64,000 nucleotides of DNA from Callorhinchus milii (taxonomy: Eukaryota), in contig NW_024704743.1 in assembly GCF_018977255.1 (NCBI RefSeq), forward strand, positions 44,270,001 through 44,334,000. Reading direction: 5' to 3'. Positions 1-11,808 of this stretch are shown here, in pieces. Below the pieces are notes generated by a model. The model saw only the letters and a list, made by a program, of their open reading frames with translations, had not been told where the DNA came from and made no database searches. Position numbers and translations under genes: made by a program. Position 1 is the stretch's first letter, and each line of letters starts with the position of its first letter.

Positions 1-360
1 CGAAATTGTTTGCACTATTTTAATATGTGGTAGTGCTTTGTGTCTCATGATATTAACTTCATTGTGTAACTAAAATTATACAATACTTATGGAAAAAGGA
101 ATTTGTTAGCATTTTTAGCTTTTTAGATAATATTATGTGTTTGTTGAAATTTTCCACCAAATCTGGCATTTTGTTAGGGCAGCTCTTATAATACAGTAGA
201 AAGTCAAAGAAATTAACACAATTACTGTTGATATTGAGCGTCTCCTTACTTTCTGTGAACTATGGAGAGCACATGGTGTACAGTGTGTACAGATCTAAAA
301 GAATGAATCGTTCTGTATAGTAAATTTCTATGGTTTTATGGAGTATTGTGTACAATTTAA

Positions 361-589
361 TAATCCCTCCAAAATAATCCCTCCAAAAAAATAAAACAAT
401 AATAAATTGGTCATTTTCAATCCATATGACTGTTTGTGGGACATTGCTGTGCGCAATTGGCTGCCACGTTCGCCCACAAATATACAGTCAATTCATTTTA
501 CAGTGTGTTCTGTGAAGCGCTTTCGGACATCCTCCCAACGTGAAAAGCACTATATCAAATGCAAGGATTATTATTTTTATTATTATAAC
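361..589 (+). mobile_element. tRNA-Ala-headed SINE (family A), 5'-truncated, short-body variant
   Basis: Matches the 3' part of 2403-2718 (TAATCCCTCCAAAA...TTGGTCATTTTCAATCCAT...GGGACATTGCTGTGCGCAATTGGCTGCC...ATCAAATGCAAGGATTATT); its 5' end has a tandem duplication of TAATCCCTCCAAAA. Confidence 0.85.
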
Positions 590-639
590 TTTGGGTATCA
601 TTAAATGAAGGATTTTACAGCTATTAAAACTATGGTAAG

Positions 640-1085
640 AGAAGGATATGTTCACTGAGATCATACCCAAATGAGAGAGTATAGTTATGTTCCAAGACTC
701 AAAAATGTGGCTGTATTCACTGGAGTATGGAAGGATAAGCAGGGGAATAAATGTGTTTGAATGTGTTAAAAATTCTGAAAGAATTTCAGGTGGTAACCAA
801 CAAAAGAATATTTCCCTTGGTTAGTGAATCAGTAGCAAGAGGGATTAAACTCATGTATTACTAGAAATACATAAAGGGTGATATTAGAAGAACTATTTAC
901 AGTGTGGAATGAATGATCACAAGGAGCTAATGAAACCGAAGTCAGTTATGTCACTTAAGAAGGAATTAAATAGCTGCTTCAAGCGTAAAGAGATAAAGGG
1001 TATAGGGCACGGAAATGGGATTAAAAATACTCCAGTGAGTAGCTAGCATGTCAGTAAATGGTAAATGTCTTGTAATGATAATTTC
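640..1085 (+). mobile_element. old CR1 LINE 3' fragment
   Basis: Degenerate similarity to the CR1 ORF2 end and 3' UTR at 57090-57548 (GGCTGTATTCACTGGAGTATGGAAGGATAAG; TTTCCCTTGGTTAGTGAATCAGTAGCAAGAGGG). Confidence 0.55.
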
Positions 1086-1220
1086 TTTATTGTACATAAA
1101 GAATATTGAATGAAAGTCAATAGCAATACAAAATTATTGCTTTAATGTTGCTGAAATCTGGATTATTTTGTGCTCCATTCACAAGATCATTTGTGATAAA
1201 TATTAAAATTCATTTCACAT

Positions 1221-1795
1221 TGTTCAGTGCAGGAAGTTGGAAATAATCAAAAGTAGGATTAACTGAGCATTGGTTGCGTGTGTGTGTGCCGTAATTGCAG
1301 ACAAAGAAATTATTTGGTCACAGATATAAGAGATTAATTCAGAGATAACACTGATGGTGGAGTGGGGGTGGTATGGTAAACAATGATGAGATGAACAGGC
1401 TTGCAGAAAGGATAATTCATGTGTCAATTAATCTTTAATGTAGAGAAATATGGAAGTGATAATGAAGCCCACTATATTCTGGGTTATAATTATGAAAGGA
1501 ATTGATAAAGTGGATGTTAATAATCTGTTTCAACTTTTTGGTGAGTCCAAAACAAAGGAACATAAATATAAGCAGATCTAAATGGGAGTTTAGGAGGAAA
1601 CTCTTTAAGCAAAGAGTGTGGCACCTTCTGCCAGAAGCTGTGATTGAAACAAAAATCATCACTATATTTAAGGGGAATCTTGATGCACGCATGAGGGAGA
1701 AGTGAATAAAGGATAGGGGATTAGAAGGGTTGTAGGCTCATGTGGAGTATTAGACCAAATGCCTGTTTCGGTTCTGTCTATGTAATCTTATGTAA
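1221..1795 (+). mobile_element. old CR1 LINE 3' fragment
   Basis: ORF 1502-1705 (RRKLFKQRVWHLLPEAVIETKIITIFKGNLD) matches the CR1 ORF2 C-terminus; a CR1-type tail follows (GCCTGTTTCGGTTCTGT). Confidence 0.65.
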
Positions 1796-2290
1796 ATAAA
1801 TGATTGAAAACACATCTTATTCAGTGCTGTGTAGGTTGTAGATTTCATAATTGTGTTCTCTATGTTCACTGTTGCTGTTTTATCATTTGCTTCTTAAAAC
1901 ACGTCAGGGGTGGATGGAAGGAAAAAGACATGTTTGGCAACGGAATGTTGTAATCAAGCTCGCTGTTTGTGGCGGTCTTGGTAGTCCTGTTCCCGAGCCA
2001 GGGGGGTACGTAATACTCTAGGGCACTGCTGATGACAGGATAGCCATGACTTGGAAGGGCAGACCAGTCACTGGCGGCAGGGAATCCTCCCACTCAGCTC
2101 CTTTTAACCCTGCAAGCCAATGCCCTAATGGATAGGGTGGTCCTAGCTGGATAAGCTTAGGGAAAACTTGCCAGACAGTGCTATCAATGGCAAGCTATGC
2201 ATTTTAGCTGTTATATACTCCAGCACAACCCCAACACACACTCTGAGATCCCAAAGCCTCGGCTCCTGCCAACCTGCACCTAATAGCCAG

Positions 2291-2402
2291 ATAGGTAATG
2301 AGGGATAAAGGAATAGAAGGTTATGCTTGAAGGCTTAGTTAAGGAAGGCGAGGAAGAGGCTCGTGTGGAGCATAAGCACCGGCATAGACCAGTTGGGCTT
2401 AA
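2291..2402 (+). mobile_element. CR1 3' UTR fragment
   Basis: GAGGCTCGTGTGGAGCATAAGCACCGGCATAGACCAGTTGGGC is a CR1-type 3' UTR; it is truncated by the SINE at 2403. Confidence 0.65.
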
Positions 2403-2718
2403 TGGAGTCCTGTAGCTCAGTGGTTAGAGCACTCGCCTTGCAAGCGAGACACCTGGGTTCAATTCCAGGCAGAGGGCGAAACCTTGGGCAAGTTTCCTTA
2501 CTCCACACACCTAATAATAATCCCTCCAAAACAAAACAATAATACATTGGTCATTTTCAATCCATGACTGTTTGTGGGACACTGCTGTGCGCAATTGGCT
2601 ACTGCATTTCGCCCACAAATATACGATCAATTCACTTTACAGTCTATTCTGTGAAGCGCTTTGAGACGTCTAGAAGTCGTGAAAAGCGCTATATCAAATG
2701 CAAGGATTATTATTATTA
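2403..2718 (+). mobile_element. tRNA-Ala-headed SINE (family A), full length, short-body variant
   Basis: Pol III A box TAGCTCAGTGG, anticodon arm CTCGC-CTTGCAA-GCGAG, B box GGTTCAATTCC, Deu-like body, L2-like tail and (TTA)n end. Confidence 0.9.
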
Positions 2719-4264
2719 CTCTTTAGCAGGGTGATTGATGGGTTTCTGCATGTGTCAGACACCCGCTGACCAAAAAACCTGGGAAGAAAATGTTTGGTTC
2801 TTTCTGTGTTGATTCATCTTTGATGCTCCAGTATTATTTTGCTTTTAGCAGTCAGTTGGCATGTAGAGACTTCTTTTTGAAATCCTAGTTGCTATAAGGG
2901 AAACACTGTTGTTCAAGGCTCTTACACAACCAACAGAAGTGTTATAAAGCAGAAAAAGCTCCCTAACACCATCTATCTCTGAAATTTTAGGGAAGCTTGT
3001 GGAAGTAAACAACATTAACTGCTGATAAATACATTTTCTTTAATAGCTTTCTTTCTGTTTGAAATATGTTTGAATAATGTATTCATGAAATCCACATTCT
3101 AATAATTTCGTACCAGTACATTGCTTAATAGCTATTCTGATTTTAAATTTTGTATATCTTATTGAGTTTCCAAAAAACCTCATCACCTATATTCCGTGAT
3201 GAAATATTACTATAGTTTTGAATATTCAGAATAGTTTGGCTCAGCTATTTTTGACAAGTACAGCAGCATACATTATGGGTTCCTTTGAAAATTTTGCAAT
3301 GTTGTGGTTCAACCTTAGACTACGCTTGTCAGTTTTTTCCAGCAGTTTCTTATCTGATATACGTATTTAAGAACTACTAGAATGTAGATCTGAAGCTTTT
3401 TATATGTTTTATTATTTAAGGAAAATTATTATTGCTCAAAACATCACCTTGATTGTGGTATAAACCACTACTTTAAAAGTTAATGGAAAATGCTCTTCTG
3501 ATGTAAATCATAGGTAAAAGGCAATTGGATTTTAGGTAATAGACAAAATATATGGAGAGCAGTGATCATAACCGATAATTGGAGTATTGGCAATATGTGG
3601 GCCTACACAACATTACATACATCTTCTTGTTAGTTAATCAAATACTTGATAATTAATTATTAACCTTTTATTTGGATAATAAATGGTGTTTAAGACCTAA
3701 TATACTGTCATTAATGATTTTCTGATTCAGTTCATATTTTAAATCTAATATTTCCAAATTGCTACGGTGCTTGACATGCACTAAATCAGACAAAAAATCA
3801 ATTATGTGTAACCAATGCATTATTCTTAAATAAAAGAAAATTTCACAACGAAGTACCCCTTTAAGTTCAGTTCATTTATAAGGTGCAAATTGGCTGCCAC
3901 ATTCACCCACAAAATACACACATTCACACAACTTTACAGTATATCCTGTGAAGGGCTTTGAGACGTCTTAACGACACTATAAGGCATTATTATCAAATAC
4001 AAGGATTATTAAGGCAATAGCTCTGTAGACCTGACAATTGGTTTTGACAAGTGAGCTGGCGAATTTACCATGCACTAAAAATCACCAACTCCTCGATCAT
4101 GAGGTAACCGCCAGTGCCACTTCTTAACAATGCAGGAAGCACATATGCATAATGTGCATGTGTAGTGAGCAAGAAGTCAGTGGAAACCTAATGACCCAGA
4201 AGCCAGCCATTTTAGCATGAAAGATCAGTCACTGGAGGATGTGAGCAGTCTGCTTCTATGCATG

Positions 4265-4343
4265 ATCATGCCCCCAGTACAACCGCATTATAAGTGAAAT
4301 CATGCTATAGTGAAGATGTTATAATGGGTGCACTAATTTACTG
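4265..4343. mobile_element. possible Tigger/pogo-like DNA transposon terminal remnant
   Basis: CGCATTATAAGTGAAATCATGCTATAGTGAAGATGTTATAATGGG resembles the reiterated GTTATAAC subterminal motif of Tigger-type MITEs (from memory); I found no partner end. Confidence 0.25.
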
Positions 4344-5408
4344 ACTAGTGGGTTGTTGGTGACTTTGGATTGAAGTAATGTATGTCACTAAATGGTGCAG
4401 ATGAAAGATAGTGAACTTTAAGCAGTGAACTATGCAGTTAATTATACGTCACAGAAATTTTGACTGAAACTAAGCAATAATAAAATAAATAGCTTTTGCT
4501 CAATAGTCTCAAAATATTGTAAATTACAGTAAATTATGCTAATTAAAAATCTCATTAATTAGGCAGCAGCAGGTTATTTAAACTGCCCTTTTAATTAAAT
4601 TGCTGTCTGTGTAGGTTAGTCACAGCTCAATGGTTCATTACAAGTTCATACCTTAAAGCACATCAAGTGTCACAGCTATATTGGCAGTGCTAATGATTTG
4701 ATCTAATGCGATTGAATTTTTTTTCTAAAATGCCAACAAACTATTTCTTGAAAAATATAACTTTATTTGCGTTTAAAACCAACCCAGTGTTTTTACATTT
4801 TAAAACAATTCATTAAAACTGTTTGACCATTAAAATGCAACTATAACTGACGTATATTTGTGACATACATTAATGCCTATTTTACCCATTAGCTTCAACA
4901 TTATGTTAAGTGCACAAGAGGATTTCCAGTTGAAGACGACTATCATGACATATACTTAAATTGCAACTTGTCACATCGTGATATAAAATCCTGTTAAATG
5001 TATGTTGATTCTTGACCTATACCACCATGACTAGCTTTATTATATGAATACCCACTTCAGGGCACGAGTCAGCATTATATATAATAATCATACTGATGGT
5101 GGGACTGGACCCCATCCTCAACTATTTATGCCATATTATATCAATCCTGCTTTGTACCAAAGGCAACATATCAGTAGGCTTTGTTGCTGTTATTTAGTAT
5201 CAACTGATACTGTCCGTGTAGCGGTCTTACTGCCTTCTGTTCATCAGCATTAGTAGCTGACAAGCACGCAAATGTAGCAGGAGATTATCCAGTGATTCCC
5301 AGTCATCTTCTCTGCGCCATACATCCTTGGGCAGTACTTCTACAGTGAAAATAGTAAAAGAAGAAAGAACTTGTATCTTTATACTTGCCTTATCAGGTAT
5401 TCATTAAA

Positions 5409-5793
5409 GGTCTGTAGCTCAGTGGTTAGACCGCTCGCCAAGTGAGAGATCTGGGTTCAATTTCCAGCAGGGCAAAATGTTGGGCAAGTTTCCTTACTCC
5501 ACACTCCTCTGTTTACCTAGCAATCAGTAGGAACATGGTTGTTAGTCAATTGGTGGATCGCTTTTCCGGGGGTTATCAAAAACAAAATAATAAATTGGTT
5601 ACTTCAATCCACGACTGTTTGTGGGACACTGCTGTGTGCAATTGGCTGCCGCTTTTCGTTCACAAAATATACAGTCAATTCACTTTACAGTATATTCTAT
5701 GAAGTGTATTGAGATGTCTCGAAAACATAATAAGGCTCTATATCAAATGATATTATTATTATCGAATGCAAGGATTATTATTATTATTATTAT
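5409..5793 (+). mobile_element. SINE family A, long-body variant
   Basis: tRNA head, CCTCTGTTTACCTAGCA...GTTGTTAGTCAATTGG internal segment, and a duplicated 3' tail with (TTA)n. Confidence 0.9.
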
Positions 5794-6874
5794 CCCATGC
5801 ACTATTTGAAAAAAAGGGTTTCTCCCATGTTTCGCAAATAAAAGTGATCATTTACATCATAGTTGCTTATGGGTCATTGCTGTGCACAAATTCGCTGCTG
5901 CATTTACTTACAAAATACATAGTCTATGAAACTTTATACTATATCTTGTGAAGCATTTTGAGATGTTATATTTGAGATGGAAGATGGTATATGAAATGTA
6001 AGGATTATTTTATTACAAAGTAAATATAAAAACCTAAGTTGTCAATGATTTCAATGCACATCCTAATTTGGAGTTTTTTAATGAAAAAATCTGTGCCTTA
6101 GATTGAAATAAATATGGTAAAATATAATAAAAATTAAGTTTATTAAAATAACTGAAGGGTTATGATTAAATAGTATGAATGAACAAATCTATGTACTATT
6201 GTATCATGCCAAATTGAGGGACTTGACCTCCATATCATTCTGTCTAAAACTCAATTTGGCTAACAGATCGTTCATCCATTGTTATACAATTCAATCACAC
6301 CTTAGTGAGTAGCTGAAAGCCAACTGGCTGAAGAGTGTTCACTTTTTCATTGAGCATAATTGGAATCGATTCCTATGCCTTACCTAACTAATCCATCAAA
6401 GTCAACAGTGAACTACATCTCCCTGTAGCTTCGTCCATTTCTACAACTATTAGCAGCGCAGTAGATAGGCATTGGTGCTGGGAGAGAGTTGATATGCTGA
6501 CCGTTGTTAATTTCATATTGACTTAATGAATATGGAAATCTCCATCTTAGTATTTACTTTGGGTGGTATAAATGCTAATTTTCAAATTCCAAAGTAGGTT
6601 TAGTACAGTGATATATTTTATATTGAGCATTTAAAACACCAGCAGTTAAGTCAATTGCTGTATTTTCAGAGGGAGAAGATGATGTTAATATAATTTAAAT
6701 AATGCAACAAATTCTGGAGGTTTAATCTACACCATCAGAAGAAAGTCAAAGGGAGGAAAATGTTGATGATTGGGGCTAGTAAGAAAAAAAACAGGTGGTA
6801 AATCAGCTCAATTACTGAACACTGGATAAGATAGAGTATTGCACTAGAAACCTGTATGTGCATTGTACATTGTG

Positions 6875-7256
6875 TGGGTCCATATAGCTCAGTGGATAGA
6901 GCACTTGCCTCGCAAGCGAGTGGACCTGGGTTTGATTCCTGGGCAGGGCGAATTGTTAGGCAAGTTTCGTTACTCCACACGCCTCTGCTTACCTAGCAGT
7001 AAGTAGGAACCTGATTGTTAGTCGATTGGTGGATCGTTTTTCCGGGGGGGTTATAATCCCTTCAAAATAACTTGGTCACTCAATCCACCACTGTTTGTGA
7101 GATACTGCTGTGCACAACTGGCTGCCGCATTTCGCCCGCAAAATTTACAGTCAATTCACTTTACAGTATATTCTGTGAAGTGCTTTGAGGAGTCTCGAAC
7201 ACATGATAAGGCTCTATATCAAATGCAAGTATTATTATTATTATCATTATTATTAT
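6875..7256 (+). mobile_element. SINE family A, long-body variant
   Basis: A/B boxes, anticodon loop CTCGCAA, full body and (TTA)n tail. Confidence 0.9.
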
Positions 7257-8060
7257 GTAACTATTTAACATTCCTGTCTCGCTTTTGATTTGTGGACAGT
7301 AGATTCAAATCATTAAGTGGATAATATGTGATGTTGCAGGTAGACATTAGAGGTAACATTTACTTTCTGTCACATTGCTATGAATTAATTATAATTAAAC
7401 TATTAAAATCAACCAAAAACTCATAGGCTTTTGTTCTGTTAATGAAAAATTAAACTTAAAATAGTCCAAATTCCTGTAATTTATTTTTTTCTTTCTTTCC
7501 AATGGCAGACATAATGTACTGTGCCATTTAATCAATGCTTGGAAAACGTTGAAAGTTATGTGATTCCTGCAATTGGTATTATTTTGCAGGGAATAATTGC
7601 ATGTTTATTTGTAATCAAACTAATTTGCAATTCATACATGGTGTACAACTAAATATAATAATGTCTCGATAATCCAAAAATGCACAATCACCTCACTTAT
7701 AGGAAATTCTATGCAACGGTTTGAGACGTCCTCCTGATATAAAAGGCGCAATATCAAATGCAAGAATTATTACAATTATTATGTTACTACCTGGGTGACG
7801 TGAAGCTAAACAGACCAATACATTTCTTGGGTTCAACAACAACAAAATTACATTTATATAGTGCCTTTCAGACCCTAGACTACACTAAATAATTAATACT
7901 GTATCAATCATAGCACATGGATGACCTTAGCATTACTGGAGAGGCTGGGGGCATGTAAACATGGTCAAATTTTCATGCCTAATTCATATCTGGTCACTGC
8001 TGCTGTTTGATCGTCTCCAATCTCATGCAATAGAGAATTATCATAAAAAGCTATATTAAA

Positions 8061-9139
8061 AATAACAACAAGATTACATTTGTACAGTGCCTTTCATGTC
8101 GGGAGGACATCCCAAGGCGTTGGACAGAGTACAGCATTTCAGACCCGAGCTGGGGTTGGGGGGAAGGGAGGGGAGGGAAGGGGGGTGGCCGATGGCATGG
8201 TCGAAGAGGAGGGTCTTGAGGCCGGACTTGAAGGAGACTAAGGAGGGGGTGAGGCGGAGTAACTCGGGGATGGAATTCCTGAGGTTGGGGGCAGGTAGCT
8301 GAAGGCTCTCCCGCCAATGGTGGGGTGGGTGGGTCGGGGGATGTGGAGCAGGTCGGAGCCGGCTGAGCGGAGGAAGTGAGTGGGTTGGTCGGGGGTTACG
8401 AGGTCACAGAGGTAGGGTCGGGCGAGGCCGTGGAGGGCTTTGTAGGTGAGGACCAGGATCTTGAACTGGATCCTCTGAAGGATAGGGAGCCAATGGAGTC
8501 GGGCGAGAGTGGGGGAGATGGGGTCACGGAGTTTGGTGCGGGAGAGGACACAGGCTGCAGAGTTCTGGATTATCTGCAGCCTGTGGAGGGAGGAGTTGGG
8601 AAGGCCGACAAGTTGAAGTACAACCATGGAGGTTGATGCTGCCAGAGCCTGAGGTGCTGAGGCGCTGGCGCGAGGCAATCAGGAGGGCCTCAGTCTTGTT
8701 CACATTCAACTGTAGGAAATTTGCCCTCATCCAGGACTTGATGTCCGACAGACAGTCTGTCAGGACAGCAGTGGTCCTGGAGTTGAGGTTGGAGGCAGGA
8801 AGATAGAGTTGGGTGTCATCCTCATACATGTGGAAGTTGACCCCATGTCTGCGGATGATGTCACCAAGGGGGAGCATATAGATATTAAAGAGGAGAGGGC
8901 CAAGGACAGAGCCCTGGGGGACGCCAGATGTGACAGTGCGGGGGCTGGAGAAGAAACCATTAGAGGCAACAAAGTGGAGACGGTGAGAGAGATAGGAATC
9001 GAACCAGGCAAGGGCAGTTCCATGAAGATTGAGTAAAACGGAGAGGCGGTGTATGAGGATGGAGTGGTCGACAGGGTTGAGAGGTCGAGGAGGACAAGGA
9101 GGCAGAGGGAGCCCTGATTACAGATGTTCAGAATGTCAT
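8061..9139 (-). mobile_element. L2 LINE, 5'-truncated, internally deleted
   Basis: ORFs 8524-8877 (HMYEDDTQLY; RT catalytic region) and 8238-8678 ([16 protein letters not shown]) are homologous to 33091-34428; L2 tail near 8061-8120. Confidence 0.93.
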
Positions 9140-9189
9140 AAGTGACACTCTGAAAGTCTTAATGGTAGGATAATAGGATGGGTATTCTG

Positions 9190-9790
9190 GGAGGATGAGA
9201 TTGGGGAGGGGAGATAAATTGGGTCTCCTTGGAGCTGAACTGGCTCCAAGGTTGCTACGCAATGGCAATGGCGGTGACAATGACTCGATTGGTTTTGGCA
9301 GTCTGGCTCCCGAGCCATGCAGGTCCACAGAACTTCAGAGAATTGCTTATGATAGACCAGCCAGCCTGTCTTATCAGCAGGACTTGGCGGGGCAGATCAG
9401 TCACTGGGAGGGAGGGATTCTTTCCACTCAGCTTCTGTTAATCTTGCAAGCCAAGCGCAAATGGGTAGGGTGGTCCTAGCTGGACAAGCAGCAGGAAGCT
9501 TGCCAGACAGTGCATTCAAAGGCAAGGTACGTGGTTTTAGTTGGTTAGACTCCAGCAGTATTCCAATGCATACTCTTAGCTCTTGCCAACCTGCACCTAA
9601 TACCTTCTGGAATTAGGTAAGCAGGGTGTATCCCTCGAGGGAAAGAGTGTGTATTCCATTCCATACATGGAAATTTCCATGTGTAGGTGTGTGTTAATAA
9701 ACTGAACTCAGTCTGGTTTGGACACTCTAGATCAGTATGGTGCTGCGTTTCCATATGTATCAGACAGCCGGCTGACCCTAATTAAAAATC
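9190..9790 (+). repeat. unclassified repeat family X, longest uninterrupted copy
   Basis: Shares blocks with six other loci; ends GTTTCCATATGTATCAGACAGCCGGCTGACC followed by A-rich sequence. Confidence 0.8.
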
Positions 9791-11066
9791 CAGCCTCTCT
9801 TGTGATTTGTGTGAGTTACTCAAGGACCAATGCTGTCTGTGGAATCGCACTGCATTCCAAGTCACTGCCTTCTATTAGGGAGGAATATGGGGAGAAAATC
9901 TAATGGAAAACTTGGAAGAAAAGGAGAAAAAAAGCTAAGAATTAGTAGCAACTGTTAAATTATTAATACCAACAGGGCTACATTGAGGAGCAGTTAATGT
10001 CAGTTAATTTAGCTGTCTTTGAAGGTACAGTACAATCAATTGATCTCCATCCTTCATTAAATGTTTCACTGAAAGGGTAATCTGGTACTAAGCAATCAGC
10101 TGTTTAAACATAGTAAAATACCAACACTGTGCCTCTGGAAATCCATTTGAATTGAAAAAAATAATGAGAGATATTTAAATAGCTCTGAAAAGTACCTTTA
10201 ACAATGGATTATTTCAGTCAACCATAGTCTCATCAGTCCAGCTATGTTTAGTTTATGTATTAGTGTTAAGCCATAAATGATTTGCAACAAGTAGAGCAAT
10301 GGTAGAGTTAACATAATCCTTGTATTTGATATGCTGTTTTCATGGCAGGAGAACGTCCTCTCCCTTCCCTTCTCCCCTAGTCGTCCTCTGAAATGCTATC
10401 CTTCATGAAGGGCACTATATAATAAATTCAAGTTGTTATCTCAATGATTTTTCAGAGGATATACTGGAGCATGTAATGACTATTTTTCTAGGTGAATAAG
10501 TTGTAGCAATTCAGTATTAGCCAAATTTTATTATGATCCTGGGTTAGTAAATTTCATGATTCTGATACCAATTTATGTTGGGAGATTTACTGCTATCCTA
10601 ATTTTGTGGTGACCAATCAGTGGGGATATGTTTTGTTATTTATGGCCTCTAAAAATGACAGGGCTGCCACTGATAGTTTTCCATCAACTGCTGTATTTTT
10701 CTCTCTCTTCGTACAAGAAACAATTGCACTATAAATGTGTTGGAGCTGAACAATTACCACCACGTCCTGAGGAACTGTGGTGGTCTTTTTCAGTCTATTG
10801 CTCTAATTATCGAAAAACAATTTGCAAACATAGCAAATTCCTCTTTACATCCACAAAAAAATGCATATTTTCTTAAATCTTGTGGAATTTTTTTCAGATT
10901 GTATGTTAATATGCACCGAGGGAGCCATCATATGTAAATTACCATCAAAGGGAAACAAATCCCAGCTTGCAAAGTGTTTAAATGTTTTTGTGTGTATGTT
11001 TCCATTATAAACCTGCAGGCCGCATCAAAGCAAGAGGACAAAAAGAGATGGAAAGAAAGGAGACCT

Positions 11067-11690
11067 ACAACAACAACTTGCATTTGTATGGCCCCCCCCT
11101 CACACAGAGTAGGATCCGAGAGCGCTTGATAGTGACGAAGCATGACACTGAGCCAGTGGGAGGGGGAGGTGACTGTAGGCACGGTCAAATAAGAAGGTCT
11201 TCAGGCTCGATCTGAAGATGGGGAAAGAAGGGACAAGAAGGAGGGATAGAGGAAGAGTGTTACAGACTTTCGGCGCGTAGTAGTTGAAAACGTGGCCACC
11301 GATGGTGGAACAGAGGGTACGAGGGACATGCAGAAGGCCCGAGCCAGTCGATCGGAAGCAGCGGATTGTGGGTCAGAGAGATATTGAGGTACCAGGGCAT
11401 GAAGGGATTTGAAAACGAGTGTAAGGATCTTGAAATCAATCCATTCAGTGATACAGAGCAGTGGAGCTAGGCTACAACTGGTGTGATGGGGGTACGGAGT
11501 TTGGTACCATTGAGTATTTGGGCGGCGGAGTTCTGGATCAGCTGGATTTGTGAATTGTGGAGCTGGGGAGACCGGCGAGGAGGGCATTTGAATAGTCGAG
11601 GCGGGAGGTGACGATGCGGGGTAGGAAGGACATCTGTGGGTTAAACCTGACGCCTAGGTTGTGCACCGGTTCAGTAAGTCTGTGGGATAG
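11067..11690 (-). mobile_element. L2 LINE 3' fragment (second subfamily)
   Basis: ORF 11201-11587 contains WIDFKILTLVFKSLHAL; the 5' end encodes VHNLGVRFN; (TTG)n tail at 11067-11078; similar to 55246-55967. Confidence 0.85.
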
Positions 11691-11808
11691 GCCCGAAACA
11701 TTGACTCACTTTCCTTTCTCCATAGATGCTGCCTGAGCTGCTGAGTGTTCCCGGCAACTTCTGTTTTTGTTTCAGATTTCCAGCATCTGCAGTATTTTGC
11801 GTTTTGTC
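11691..11808 (+). mobile_element. Penelope-like element terminal repeat fragment with 3' half of a hammerhead core
   Basis: CCCGAAAC...CTCCATAGATGCTGCCTGAGCTGCTGAGTGTTCC...TTTCAGATTTCCAGCATCTGCAGTATTTTGC resembles, from memory, chondrichthyan Penelope-like terminal repeats; not verified by search. Confidence 0.55.

Larger units (their letters stand above)
1925..2777 (+). repeat. unclassified A-tailed dispersed repeat (family X), interrupted by a CR1 tail and a SINE
   Basis: 1925-2288 aligns by eye with 9215-9600 and 28230-28930; the 3' end resumes at 2719-2777 (GCATGTGTCAGACACCCGCTGACCAAAAAA). Confidence 0.75.

Noticed and set aside
2403..2475. tRNA-Ala gene (and similar heads at 28435, 53428, 55106, 61757)
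   Set aside because: D, anticodon and T arms are present, but there is no closing acceptor stem or terminator, and each head runs into a SINE body.
9229..9441. RNase H-like WLPSHAG motif, or a minus-strand LEY..PAW RT-like motif, in family X
   Set aside because: Neither is kept in frame across the other copies; too short to support coding origin.
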